Source: Chiloscyllium plagiosum (taxonomy: Eukaryota). From it: DNA of 33,966 nucleotides. Positions within the stretch are counted from its first letter, which is position 1; each line of letters starts with the position of its first letter. The stretch lies in NCBI RefSeq assembly GCF_004010195.1, contig NC_057718.1, positions 87,381,352-87,415,317 of the forward strand, in the 5' to 3' direction. Below the pieces are notes generated by a model. The model had not been told where the DNA came from. It worked only from the letters and a program-made list of their open reading frames with translations, and did no database searches. Positions 1-11,995 of this stretch are shown one piece after another. A program made the position numbers and the translations under genes.

Positions 1-47
1 GATGCTGCCTGACCTGCTGTGCTGTTCCAGCAATAAAGTTTCAACTG
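1..47 (+). mobile_element. Penelope-like element terminal fragment (cut by window start)
   Basis: gatgctgcctgacctgctgtgctgttccagca, the same motif that follows the hammerhead in copies at ~6260, ~6980 and ~26720. Confidence 0.7.
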
Positions 48-654
48 AAGCCTCTACAGCCTGATTTCCAACCCTCACTAACATTGAAATGCCCAGATTG
101 AGTTAATGTTCTCTGACAATGGTGCATTGACTGCTGTATCCTCTGAATTAACTATCATTATCCTTCCTCCTCTTCCTGTGTTGCTCAACATAATGAAATT
201 ACCCTCACTTAGTTCTGCTAGTACCCTATATGATCTTCACCATAAAATCTTTATTCACGGATCCAAGGCTGCTGCTCATTTACATACTTTGCCATATCAT
301 CCACTGACATTGTCTTAGCATCCACTTATATTCCAATAACCTTCAGTTCTTTTTTACCTTTGAACTGAACCTATCTTCCACCTTATTTGATCCACTAAAC
401 TAAACTTGACTTTTTGCAACCCATGCACACCCTCTTTTGTACTAAACTGTGCTTCCAATTTCAGGCGTTCATCACAAAGGTAACTTCCCCTCTTACCTTG
501 GTCCACTTGCTTTTGAAACACTCATTCAATTCTGCTCTTAACTACAACATACACATTTTTGACAGGCATTTCATGCTGTATCCTCCATGAACTAGTTTGT
601 CTAAAACCCATTTGCAGATATCCATGCCATATCGTAACACTAGATGATGTCCTA

Positions 655-981
655 CTGGTATTGTTGCTCGATTATTAATTCAGAAACTTGGCTAATGTTT
701 TGGGGACCCAGATTTGAATCCCACCATGATAGATGGTTGTAAGAATCAAACCATTGTCAAATGTTGGAAGAACCCTTCTGGTTCACTGACTTGCTTTCGG
801 CGAGAAAATTTGCATTTGAACTTGGTCTGACTTATATATGACTTCAGAGCCACAGCAATGTGACTCTCAACTGCCCTCTGAATTGGCCTAGCAAGCTATT
901 CTGTTCGAGGGCTGCTAGGGATAGCTAATAAATATTGGCCAGTCAACAACACCCACATTACACAAGTGAATAAAATAAAAA
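655..981 (+). mobile_element. tRNA-derived SINE (tentatively MetaSINE-like)
   Basis: B-box-like gatttgaatccc, central motif ctggttcactga...ccacagcaatgtgactctcaactgccctctg, and tail gggatagctaataaat...gtgaataaaataaaaa. Homologous to the copy at 31720-32079. Confidence 0.7.
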
Positions 982-1015
982 TCATATCTCACTTGCCTAT
1001 GACCTCTAACTTTGC

Positions 1016-1172
1016 CATAGAATTCCTACAGTGTGGGAACAGGCCCTTCAGCCCAACAAGGCCACACCGACTCTTTGAAGAGTAACTCAACCCAAACCCA
1101 TTCCCTTACAATGACCCCTGACTAATGCACCGAACTTACACATTCCTGAACACTATATGGACAATTTTGCAT
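1016..1172 (-). mobile_element. HE1-type SINE 3' half
   Basis: Reverse complement matches the 3' half of the SINE at 30412-30758 (tgcattagtcagggg...cttgttgggctgaagggc...ggaattctatg). Confidence 0.75.
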
Positions 1173-2038
1173 GTATTCCCCCAACTTACCATGTTTAAAA
1201 TTGTTAGGCTTTTTCAACTATCATTAGTAAGTCAACCCATGTTTTTCAGCCTTTTCCAATGCTGACATAACCTCTCTCCTCTGTTACCTGACCTGAGTCT
1301 CTTATGCCGCCTTCCTCCTGCTCCTTTTGCCTAAACCATCTTGGATCAATACATCAGAACTCCCTTTCTAAACACCGATATTCCCTCTGTATTTCACAAA
1401 ACAATCTACATGACCAAGCTGTTGGCCATCCACACTTCTAACCTCTTCCTTACTGTTCCTTTTTCCCTTTTTGTGCTCTCAAGTGCCTGGTGACATTTTT
1501 TTTTAAAAGTGCTACATAAATGCAAGTTTTCTGTGGTTGTGTTTTGAGAGATTGATGCCCAATCAATTGGCCTGTCTGAATGCTGCCTGGCTAGCTTTTG
1601 TTGATGGTTGGTTGATCAATTGGAATACTATCTGCTATTATTTCACTGCTTGGGTTTGGTTTATAACACTAAAGTATTGCAACTACTTTTTATTCCTCTT
1701 TTGCAGCTAAGATTTGTGCCTGGGTACTTGTACCTAAAATGATGCCATAAAAGGTTACTTTGTAAAACTTTTCACTGTACTCTATACTTGAGTACACATG
1801 AGAATAAAGGATGTTCTATACTAATCTTGCGATTGGTTATATGCCACATTTTTGAATTAATTCTCTTTCAGCTGGATTAAATTGCATCAGCCTGAGAAAC
1901 TAGCTGAATTAAGTTGTTGTTGTTAAAAGTTGCTCTTTGTGCAAGTTGTAATCTTTGTTAGTTTTGTACTGTGTGAAATCTTTACACAACCATGTTTTTT
2001 TCCTTTCTTTTACAACTAAATGAATGTTTTAATTTCAG

Positions 2039-2102
2039 ATCATCAAAAACTCACCCAGGATTAATTGTTCACATCAGTGACAACCCTATGGATGAAGGCA
2101 AG
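2039..2102 (+). CDS. STXBP5: STXBP5 (tomosyn-1) internal coding exon, 64 nt
   Basis: Acceptor tttcag|A and donor AAG|gtac. After one carried-over base it reads SSKTHPGLIVHISDNPMDEGK, matching recalled vertebrate tomosyn-1 SSKSHPGPVVHISDNPMDEGK. It ends in phase 0, compatible with the next exon. Confidence 0.93.
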
Positions 2103-2804
2103 GTACATGTGTCTTGAATAATGGGTATCTGCTGAAAATTGGCCTCAGTGACAATGGATTGTGAAAAATGGTTGTTGAAGATTTGCTCAGATGCTGTGTC
2201 AGCTGTACTACAGTTATTGAACATTCAATTCTCCAATGTATCCTGTTCTGAGATTATACTCGAACTAAAATAAATCCTTTTATATTAGGACTATATTTAT
2301 GTTTTAAATTATTCAATTAAGTTTACATTTCTTGTACTGCTTGGTTCATTCCACCAGTTCATAGCTTCTGATGCATCACTTTTCATTGTACTTAACTGTT
2401 TCAAAACATTAGATTTCTGTTTGCCTTGATCTGAATGAAAAGGTCTTTAGATCTCAAAAGCCATGTTCTTCCTATCTGTATTAGCTGTAGATTGTGTCAA
2501 AAGGTGCACACCAATTTTTTGCAATTGCACAGAAATTTTGCTTTAAAGTAAAACATAGCTTGGAGAAGATGGTTGGTGTGGACTAGTGGGACTGAAGACT
2601 TTCCATGCTGTAAGACTCCATGACTCGAAGTCCATGTACTGATTCACTTGTAATTGTAGGCACTATATGGGTAAAAATTTTTGCAGTGCAGTATTGGTAA
2701 TGGACTTTGCTTTAATCAAATTGGGTAGATCTGCCTTGAGTTATTGACATCCAGGGTAAACCTGAAATGTCAGGAAAAGTGCAAATAAAAACCTACACAG
2801 GCTT

Positions 2805-3300
2805 CAGTAGAGGGAGGAACTGAAGCAAATCAGTATTAGTGGGGAAATGGTTATAGGGATTAAAAGCTGATAAATCTTAGAATGTTTTACAGGACTGGAG
2901 GGCTTGAGTTATAAGGAGAGGTTGGGACTTTTTTTCCCTTGGAGTGTAAGCGGTTGAAGGGTGACCTTTCATCGAGATTTATAAAATCATGAGGGGTTTA
3001 GAGAAGATGAATAGCAAAGGTATTTTCCCTAGGGTGGGGGCATTCAAAGCCAGAGGGCATAGATTTAAGGTGAGTGGAGAACTTTTTCAGTGTGGTTCAT
3101 GTATGGAAGGAGCTGCAAGAGGAATTGGCAGAGGCAGATATAGTAACAATATTTAAAAGACATTTGGACAGGTACATGGATAAGAATGATTTGGAGGGAT
3201 ATGCGCCAGAAATGGGACTAATTCAGTTTAAGAAACCTGGTTGGCATGGACGGTTTGGGCTGAAGGGTTTGCTTCCATACTATATAACTGTGTCTATTTC
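2805..3300 (+). mobile_element. CR1 LINE 3' fragment
   Basis: ggactggagggcttgagttataaggagagg...tttataaaatcatgagggg...agagggcatagatttaaggtgag...tttaaaagacatttggacaggtacatgg (ORF2 C-terminus and 3' UTR). Confidence 0.85.
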
Positions 3301-4574
3301 CAAGTTATAGAGCCATAGAAATGTACAGAACAGAAACCAGCCCTTTGGTCCAACTTGTCCATGCCAACCAGATACCCTAACCCAACCTAGTCCCATCTGC
3401 CAGCACCCGGCCCATATCCTTCCAAACCTTCCCTATTCATACACCCATCCCGATGTCTTTTAAATGTTGCAATTGTACTAGTCTCCACACTTACTCTGGC
3501 AGCTCATTCCATACACGCACCACCCTCTGCATGGAAAAGGTTGCCCCTTAGGTCTCTTTTATATCTTTCCCCTCTCACCCTAAACCTATGCCGTCTATTT
3601 CTGGATTCCCCAACCACGGGGAAAAGACTCTGCCTATTTATTCTATCGATGCCTCTCATGATTTTATAAACCTCTAAGGTCAGCCCTCAGCCTCTGACGC
3701 TCCAGGGAAAATAACCCTAGCCTACTCAACCTCTCCCTACAGCTCAAATCCTCCAATCCTGGCAACATCCTTGTAAATCTTTTCAGAACCCTTTCAAGTT
3801 TCACAACATCTTTCCAATCGGAAGGAGACCCGAGTTGCGTGCAATATTCCAACAGTGGCCTAACCAATGTCGTGTACAGCTGCAAGATGACCTCCCAACT
3901 CCTATACTCCGACCAATAAAGCATACTAAACACCATCTTCACTATCCTGACTACCTGCGACTCCACTTTCAAGGAGCTATTAGTCCAGTCCTTGCCTTTC
4001 CAAATACATGTACATCCTGTTCCTCAGGATTCCCTCCAACTACTTGCCCAATACTGAGGTCAGGCTCACTGGTCTGTAGTCCCCTGGCTTGTCCTTACCA
4101 CCCTTATTAAACAGTGGCACCATGTTAGCCAACCTCCAGTCTTCTGGCACCTCACCTGTGACGATCAATGGTACAAATATCTCAGTAATTGGTCCAGCAA
4201 TCACTTCCCACAGAGTTCTTGGGTACACCTGATCAGGTCCTGGGGATTTATCCACCTTTATGCGTTTCAAGACATCCAGCACTTCCTCCTCTGTAATATG
4301 GACATTTTGCAAGGTGTCACCATCTATTTCCCTACATTTTATATCTTCCATGTACTTTTCCACAGTAAAATACTGATGCAAAATGCTAGTTTTGAATCTC
4401 CCCCATCTCTTGTGGCTCCACACAGGCCATTTTGCTGATCTTTGAGGGGCCCTATTCTCTCCCTAGTTACCCTTTTGTCCTTAATGTATTTGTAAAAACC
4501 CTTTGGATTCTCCTTAATTCTATTTGCCAAAGTTATCTCATGTCCCCTTTTTGCCCTCCTGATTTCCCTCTTAA

Positions 4575-4710
4575 NNNNNNNNNNNNNNNNNNNNNNNNNN
4601 NNNNNNNNNNNNNNNNNNNNNNNNNNNNNNNNNNNNNNNNNNNNNNNNNNNNNNNNNNNNNNNNNNNNNNNNNNNNNNNNNNNNNNNNNNNNNNNNNNNN
4701 NNNNNNNNNN
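4575..4710. other. Assembly gap (136 N)
   Basis: Run of Ns inside the CR1 element. Confidence 1.
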
Positions 4711-4874
4711 TGACATATGCTTCCTTCTTTTTCTTAACCAAACCCTCAATTTCTTTAGTCATCCAGCATTCCTTATACCTACCAGCCTTCCCTTTCACCC
4801 TGACAGGAATATGCTTTCTCTGGATTCTTGTTATCTCATTTCTGAAGGCTTCCCATTTTCCAGCTGTTCCTTTA

Positions 4875-5178
4875 CCTGCGAACATCAGCCTCCAATCAGC
4901 TTTTGAAAGTCTTGCCAATAACCATCAAAATTAGCCTTCAATTTAGAACTTCAACTTTTAGATCTGGTCTATTCTTTTTCATCACTATTTCAAATCTAAT
5001 AGAAATATGGTTGCTGGCAGCCCCCTGCGAACATCTGCCTCCAATCAGCTTTTGAAAGTTCTTGCCAATAACCATCAAAATTAGCCTTTCTTCAATTTAG
5101 AACTTCAACTTTTAGATCTGGTCTATTCTTTTTCATCACTATTTCAAATCTAATAGAAATATGGTTGCTGGCAGCCCC
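4875..5178. repeat. Direct tandem duplication, ~150 bp x2, inside CR1
   Basis: cctgcgaacatc...ggttgctggcagcccc starts at 4875 and again at 5024, with a few small indels between copies. Confidence 0.95.
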
Positions 5179-6211
5179 AAAGTGCTCCCCCACTGACACC
5201 TCAGTCACCTGCCCTGCCTTATTTCCCAAGAGTAGGTCAAGTTTTGCACCTTCTCTGGTAGGTACATCTACATACTGAATCAGAAAATGTTTTTGTACAT
5301 ATATAACAAATTCCTCTCCACCCTAAATCTTCTAAACCCTTAACACTATGGTAGTTCCAGTCTATGTTTGGATAGTTAAAAATCCCCTACCATTACCACC
5401 CTATTATTCTAACAGATAACTGAGATCGCCTTACAAGTTTGTTTCTCAATTTCCCTCTGATTATTAGTGGGTCTATAATACTTCCTTTCTTATTTCTCAC
5501 TTCCATGCAAATAACTTCCCTGGATGTATTTCTGGGAATATCCTCCCTCAGTACAGCAGTAATGCTATCTCTTATCAAAATTGCCACTCCCCCTTCTCTC
5601 ACCTCCCTTTCTGTCCTTTCTGTAGCATTTGCATCCTGAAACATTAAGCTGCTAGTCTTGTCCAACCCTGAGCCATGTTTCTGTAAATGCTCTGATATCC
5701 CAGTCCCATGTTCCTACCAATGCCCTGGGTTCATCTGCTTTCCCTGTTAGGTCCCTTGCATTGAAATAAATGCAGTTTAATTTATCAGTTCACCTTGTTC
5801 TCTGCTTTGTCCCTGTCTGTCCTAATGGTTTGACTCGCTTCTGTTCTCAACTGTACTAGTTTCAGATTGATCTCTTTCCTCACTGTCTCCCTACATTTTC
5901 CAAAACAGCATACTTGTTTGAAATGGGGTTAGCCACAGAAGACTCCTGCAGTACCTGCCTACCTTTCTCACCTTTAATTCTCACCTGAGCAGTTAACCCA
6001 TCTATGTGACTGTATCTGTGACTTTTCCCCCCTTCCTATACCTGCCATCTATCACATCCCTTTGCTCTTGTAAATTCCTCATTGCCTCTAACTGTCTCGC
6101 CAACTGATCCATTTGATCTGTTGGATTCGCAACCAATGGCATTTATTACAGATATAATCCTCAGTAACATGTAAACTCCCCCTCAAATCCCACATCTGAC
6201 AAGAAGAGCAT

Positions 6212-6314
6212 GTCAGGTAAAAACAGGTAAAAAGCCCTTTGCCCGAAACGTCGATTTCGAAGCTTCTTGGAAGCTGCCTGAACTGCTGTGCTCTTCCAGC
6301 ACCACTAATCCAGA
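6212..6314 (+). mobile_element. Short Penelope-like terminal insertion with 11-bp target duplication
   Basis: tttgcccgaaacgtcgatttc...gctgcctgaactgctgtgctcttccagcaccac flanked by aagaagagcat (6201-6211 and 6315-6325), interrupting CR1 ORF1. Confidence 0.85.
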
Positions 6315-6948
6315 AAGAAGAGCATTTCAATCTACTAAAGGCCATTTTTGCTGCTTTCAATCTGCAGACTCAGAAAGTAGCATCATCTTATTCCCCTACA
6401 AAACACTGCTCCAGGATAAATTAATACTTATGGCTTATATTTTTAAGTTTAATCAAGAGACCTATCTCAATGTAACATATAATCAAGAAAGAACCTACTA
6501 TACTCGCTACTGCAGACTTACTGTAAAATATTCATTTATCTGTTTCTGTGCTGTGACCACTCCCAAACAGGTTCCTGCAAAATTAGTTGTGAATTTTGCT
6601 GTTTGTTAATTTTCCCAGACGCACACCGATGTCCAGCAATATATGAATTCAAACAGCAAAAGCAGTAATTGTGCAGGTTCACTGCTGTTTCACATAGCAA
6701 TGTGGGTTTCTTTCTCTCCTGCACCATGTGCTTCCTTTGTCTATTCCTCTCTCCCTTTTAAAAGTGCTGTTGTTTTGACTTTTTTTTTCCCCTGCTAAGT
6801 TCCAAAACAATGCAACAGCATATAAAATAGAAATTGCTGCTCTTGGAATTCAAGGAAATCACGTCCAACACCTAAAGTACCTCAAAAAAGAGCAGTCTGT
6901 TAAAACCAGAAATTTTTCCCATCCTCCATCTTTGATTACCCAGAATTA

Positions 6949-7045
6949 CCTGAAATGTCGAATTTTCCTGCTCCTCTGATGCTGCCTGACCTGTATTTTT
7001 CCAGCACACCACTAATCTCCAGCATTTGCAGTACCCACTTTTGCC
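6949..7045 (+). mobile_element. Penelope-like terminal fragment
   Basis: cctgaaatgtcgaattttcctgctcctctgatgctgcctgacctg...ctccagcatttgcagtacccacttt. Confidence 0.75.
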
Positions 7046-9169
7046 TATGTTTAAACTGATGTCCAGTATTTCTGTTTAGCCAATTTTTTATTTTAAATGA
7101 AGAGTACAGCATTCTCCTAGTATCTTTGCCAACATTTGGCCCTCCAAAAGCACTACCAGAAACAGATTCTCTGAGCAGTTATTTCATTGCTGTTTATGGC
7201 ACCTGGCTCTGTGCAAGTTCATGCAGTTTGTTAAAAGTAAAATTAATTTACTGTAAAATATTTAGAGAGTCCACTCTACACAAACAGTGCTATACAATGC
7301 AAACTGCTTAGTATTTCCCTTCTATGCAACAAAACTTATTAGGATTCTCCAGTTCATATATGTGGGAGAATCCTATCTTTCTCCTTGCAATTTTATGTAT
7401 CTATATTTCCAGTATGGCTTTTCTTCTCCCTCAATATTTTTGAATAACCTGCCAGCAGACTTCATTCCAGTCATAAAGGAATTTAATGAAATAACAGGGT
7501 GCGTAGGTGTGTACAATAAAGAAGGTATTTGAAACTTGAATTAGAGTAGCCATTTTGATCCAACTCAAAACTATCCTGGTAAGACCTGACACAGCCTCAT
7601 TTGACCTGACACCCAATGCTAATCTAATTCTGGCCAGTCTATGCCTGTTGACAATTCCAAAACATCTGAACTCAATGTGACCTTAAACTTGGTCACAACA
7701 GTTGCGGCCCTCCATATCCGGAGTCAACCTAGTGAACTACCTCCAATGCCAATATATCTTACCTTTAGATAAGGACACCAAGACTGTTCAGTGTTCCTGG
7801 ATTGATCTATCAAGTACTTGTATTGTTCTATCAAAATTTCCCTAATTCTCCATTGCCAAAGACCGGCAACAATCGGCCTTTATTTACAATACGACTGCGT
7901 GCAATTGGCTAAACTTGGAAGAGTTTTTCAGTGACTTTGTTTGACAGAAGAGAAGCAAAGATACCGAATATAGTAAAATTAAACATTCTCTAAGCCAAGA
8001 CATTCTATTTATTATTTTTAAATTCCAAATTGTGGATATGTCTATGTATGTTTCCTACTTTGTGAGTGGAACAAATTTGCACAGTTGAGGGCGTTTAGCT
8101 GCAAATTTCCTCTGTGGCTTCCTTTTAAGACCCCTTTTTAAAAAAAACATACTTTTCACATGTACACTTTGTACAGTGTATATGCTCAGATTGCCTTTAA
8201 CCACACATTGTCCATTCAAAACCACACAGTTGGGTTCAGTCATATTATAATGAATTGCATTTTTAAGCACCTTTTATTTTAAAATAGTCTCCATATGCAA
8301 GCAAGTTGGAAGAAAATCATGGACTTTGGTGTATTTTGAATAATTTGGATATCCAAAGTGTGAAATTATAGTTGGATGGATCAGTCAGGTGGAAGAAAAA
8401 GGATTATGCATGCATAAAATTTAGTTTTACGTGAGACTGAAAAAAAATGTTTCCGATAAATCTGTGTAATCTAATTCTTAAAACTTCTGGTGTTCACTGT
8501 GAGTCAGACTAATAAAAGCAGTTATTTTGAGGCTAAAAGTGTAGTCTATTGTGGAAATGTTTGGAGGGTTCTGCAGAAGCTGGGTTGAAACCTGGACAGT
8601 TCAGCTAACAAGTTGAAATCCAGGTAGAATCTTTGTTCCTACAGAAATATACAATGTTTCAAGATTCCTTAACATTTTGGAGAATGAGGCGGTTCAGGAG
8701 GCAAGAACTGTAAATCAAAAAGTGGTATTAACCTTCATAGATTCGCACCTCATGTGAAGCTATTCAATTCTTCAATATGTTTTAAGTCACTTCCCACTCT
8801 TGATAAATTGGAAATCAAGGTTGAGTGTAATATGTGAGAAGAATAATCTAGTCAGGTGTGATAGAATAAATGTAATATGGTTGGAATAAACTTTGTCGAG
8901 GAGGAGAGTAACAGAAAATCATTACTCTGTTAGGCACTCAACTTACAGTTTCTCCATCAGTTTTGTCAATATTTGTTCCCTGCACTGGTATGTCTGTCAC
9001 TAATCAATAACCTGACAGACGATTTATCAAGTGTTTTGAGTTACTACAGCTATATTAGTGGCTAAATGAATTAATCCATATAACGTTAGCAAGCATGACC
9101 CTCAAACTTAGTTCACAGTGGGAGTGACAGATGATTCGTTTAGCAGTCAGTCCTAATCTTTCTCCATGT

Positions 9170-9645
9170 AAAGGTCTTTTTCCCAGGGTAAGGGAGTTCA
9201 GAAGTAGAAAGCATAGGTTTAAAATGAGAGGGGAAAGATTTAAAAGAAACATGAGAGGCAACTTTTTCCACAGAGGCAGGTACAGTTAGAATATTTAAAA
9301 GGTATTTGAACAGATACATGAATTAGAAAGGTTAGAGAGATATGGGCCAGACGCAGGCAAGTGGGACTAGTTTAGTTTGGGAAACCTGGTTGGCCTGGGT
9401 GAGTTGGACTGAAGGATCTGTTTCCATGCTGTGTGACTTTGACAAAGGGTGATATATGTTTGGAACACTCTCCCACAAATGGCAGTGGATATGGGATCCA
9501 TAATTAATTTTAAATCTGAGATCAATTTTTGGTAAGCAAAGCTATTAAGGAATATAGGCCAAAAGCAGCTATGTGGAGTTGGTCCACTGATTTCATTGGT
9601 GGAACAGACTCGAGGGGCTGAATGGCCCATTTTTGTTCCTGTATT
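9170..9645 (+). mobile_element. Two adjacent CR1 3'-end fragments
   Basis: ggtctttttcccagggtaagg...gcataggtttaaaatgagaggggaaagatttaaa...gaaggatctgtttccatgctg, then a second tail tggaacactctcccacaaatggcagtgga...ggaacagactcgaggggctgaatggcc. Confidence 0.75.
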
Positions 9646-9799
9646 CTGGAAGCTGGAGTGCTTGTGTCAAATAAAACCTTTATTGCTCTGCTGTGACACG
9701 TCCATTAGTTGAGTTGAGAATGTCATATGCAAGAGAAGCATGTCTATATTTTTTGTCTTTCATGACATTCTGTCACACTTATGTTTGGAAGATGTTGAT

Positions 9800-9980
9800 A
9801 AAACTGAGACCCTGTCTGCCACCTTAGATGGACATAAAGAATATCTGACCATTTATCACTTTGCTGTTTGAAGGGTGCTTGTTACCATGTTTCCTACGCA
9901 CTTCATAAGCATTTAATTGGCTTAAACCCCTTCTGAACATTGTGAGGTTATAAAAGACAACATAAATGCATGTCTTTTTT
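9800..9980 (+). mobile_element. Old SINE remnant with L2-like tail (possibly Deu-domain SINE)
   Basis: gagaccctgtctgccaccttagatggacataaaga...ttgctgtttg...tgtgaggttataaaagacaacataaatgcatgtcttt. A similar tail is seen at ~7165-7305. Very diverged. Confidence 0.35.
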
Positions 9981-10174
9981 CTGTGGCAAAACCAAGCTGG
10001 CAATCCAGTGTGGGTCAGATTGGGGCTAGTATAAAAGGAGGGTTATATCTGAGGCCATAGGATATGTACACTAGCAACAATTTTATATGTAGGACAGGCA
10101 TTGAATACAGCCTTGCATTGAGCAAGCGGTATGCAATTCCTTTGCATGTCCATCTTCTATCAGGATGGTCTTGG

Positions 10175-11740
10175 AGCTCTCTGCTCCTTCTTGGAAAAAG
10201 GGTCCCCTTCCCCACTACCACCCTCCTTCACCTGGCTGAGCTCGTCCTCACTCTGAACAATTTCTCTTTTAACTCCTGTCACTTCCTTTAGATCAAAGAT
10301 GTAGTCATGGGTGCCTGCATGGGCCCCAGTTATGCCTGTCTTTGTGGAGTATCTGGAACTGTCCTACTCCAACCCCTAACCACAAGTCTTTCTCTGGTAA
10401 ATCGATGACATCAGTGCTGCAGGCCTCTCTTGTATGAAATTGGAAAAGTTTATTTCACTTCCAATTTCCACTTTACTGTCACTTTCGGTTCATCATGATT
10501 CCTCTCTTCCTTTCCTCAACATCTATTTCCATTTCTGGGGATAGGCTGGCCACCAACATTTACTATAAACCCACTGACTCACACAGTTACTTTGATATAT
10601 TCTTACACCCTGCTTACCTGTAAAGACACTTTCATTCTCCAAGTTCCTCTATCTCCATAAAATCTGTTTTGATGCCAACTTGGACATTTCAGTGACCCCA
10701 TTGTCAACCTTTTTCCTCAACAGAGGATGCCCAGCACTGTGGTTAATAGGGCCCTCAGGCAGGTCTGACCATCTGCACTTTGGCCTTCTTTGTTCCCATA
10801 GCAGTGTTAGGGTCCCCCTTGTCCCCATCTACCGCCCCACCATCATCCACATCCATAGAATCATTAGCTGCTATTTCCTTCACTTCCAGTGAGGTGCCTC
10901 CCCTTCCCTCCCATTCCTTGTCAGCTTTCCCTAGGGACTGTTCCTTCCTGGCCACCCTGGTCCACTCCTTCACTCCTAACACGTCCCCACACACCTTCCT
11001 CTGTGATTGCAGAAGGTGTAACACATGCCCGTTTATTTCCTCTCTGTTCAGTATCCAAAAGCCCAAATGCACCTTTCAAGTGAAGCAGTGTCTTACCTGT
11101 ACCTCACTCAACCTAGTCTACTGTATTTGCTTCTCACAATGTGGTCTCCTCTAAACTACAGCTTTGCAAAACACCTACTTTCTGTCCACAAAAAAGATTG
11201 AGCTTCCATTTGCCTGCTACTTCAATACACCATCATGTTCCATGGCCAACATCTCTGCCTCAGGCTTACTGCAATGTTCCAGTGAAGCTCAGTGCAAGCT
11301 GGAAGTACAGACCTCATTTTCCAGTTGGGAACTCTGCAGTCATGTGGACTCCATATAGAGTTCAACAATTTTAGGGTTTGAGCACCTTCTCCCATGTCCT
11401 TATCCCAACCTTGTCATCATTTGGGCTGCTTCCATAAACAACCCATTGCAACCACTAATGGTCTCCATTAGCAGCTACGTATCCTCCCAGGCTGACCTTG
11501 ACCCACTCCTTTGTCCAGCTGTTTTTCTGTCTCTTTGGGTTCAGTGTCCACCTATCATTTCTCCTCCCCACTTCTCCCCTCCCCCCCACCCCATCTTCTC
11601 CATAAACACCAACCTTTACAGAGCTACCGAGTGTTCTGAAGAAGGGTCACTGGACCCAAAACATTAACTCTGCCTTCTCTGTACAGATGCTGCCAGATCT
11701 GTTGGGTATTTCCAGCAATTTCTGTTTTTGTTTCCGTTTC
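10175..11740 (+). mobile_element. Penelope-like retroelement, 5'-truncated and decayed (RT C-terminus, GIY-YIG region, terminal repeat)
   Basis: Translates to PTTTLLHLAELVLTLNNFSFNS..FL*IKDVVMGACMGPSYACL, IDDI, NIYYKPTDSHSY, the Cys motif CDCRRCNTCPF and the GIY-like TCTSLNLVYCICFSQCGLL. It ends with a hammerhead-like motif and gatgctgccagatctg...tttccagcaatttctgtttt. Confidence 0.88.
11632..11669 (+). ncRNA. Degenerate type I hammerhead ribozyme motif of the Penelope element
   Basis: gtt-CTGAAGA-a-GGGTC-actg-GACCC-AAAACATT-aac. Stems I and II can pair, but the expected GAAACG core reads AAAACA, consistent with CpG decay. Confidence 0.65.
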
Positions 11741-11842
11741 AATATGGTTAATCTGAACCTGAACTTATTTTACCACCCTAACTCCATAGCCCATGATATC
11801 CTTACCAGAAAAAAACCCTCCATATTTGGGGAAAATGTAGTA

Positions 11843-11995
11843 CAGAACAACCTTGGTTATCCGAACATCAATTATCCAAATTTCAGATTATCTGAACATG
11901 ATCTCAAGGTCCTGTAACAACGTTATCAGTTATCCAAACAATCCGTTATCTGAACAAAGTACTCCCTGTCCCCTCATTTGGTTAAGAGGTGATTG
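11843..11995. mobile_element. TA-flanked MITE, Tc1/mariner (pogo/Tigger-like)
   Basis: TA|cagaacaaccttggttatccgaac at the left end, a degenerate inverted end tttggttaagaggtgattg|TA at the right, and five internal copies of TTATC(C/T)(G/A)AA(C/T). Confidence 0.6.

Larger units (their letters stand above)
50..1535 (+). mobile_element. Highly decayed L2-type LINE remnant interrupted by two SINEs
   Basis: Pyrimidine-rich body and an L2-like 3' end (aagtgcctggtgacatttt...gtgctacataaatgcaagtt). No usable ORF. Confidence 0.45.
3307..6946 (-). mobile_element. CR1 LINE, 5' UTR to 3' tail, with internal deletions (RT core missing)
   Basis: ORF1 zinc-finger piece (TCSSCQMWD...DYICNKCHWL), APE endonuclease piece (REGGVAILIRDSI), linker (IKENPKGFYKYIK; KSPGPDQVYPR...VPEDWRLANMVPLFNKGGKDKPGDYRPVSLTSV), C-terminus (LYTTLVRPLLEYC...LERVLKRFTRMLPGL) and tail at ~3307. 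Confidence 0.9.

Noticed and set aside
4432..4918. Long ORFs spanning X runs
   Set aside because: Their length is inflated by the N gap, and the real residues belong to CR1 ORF2 or its antisense.
11843..11995. CRISPR-like array (also considered for the 36 bp repeat at 33598)
   Set aside because: Eukaryotic context, no regular repeat-spacer structure and no cas genes.
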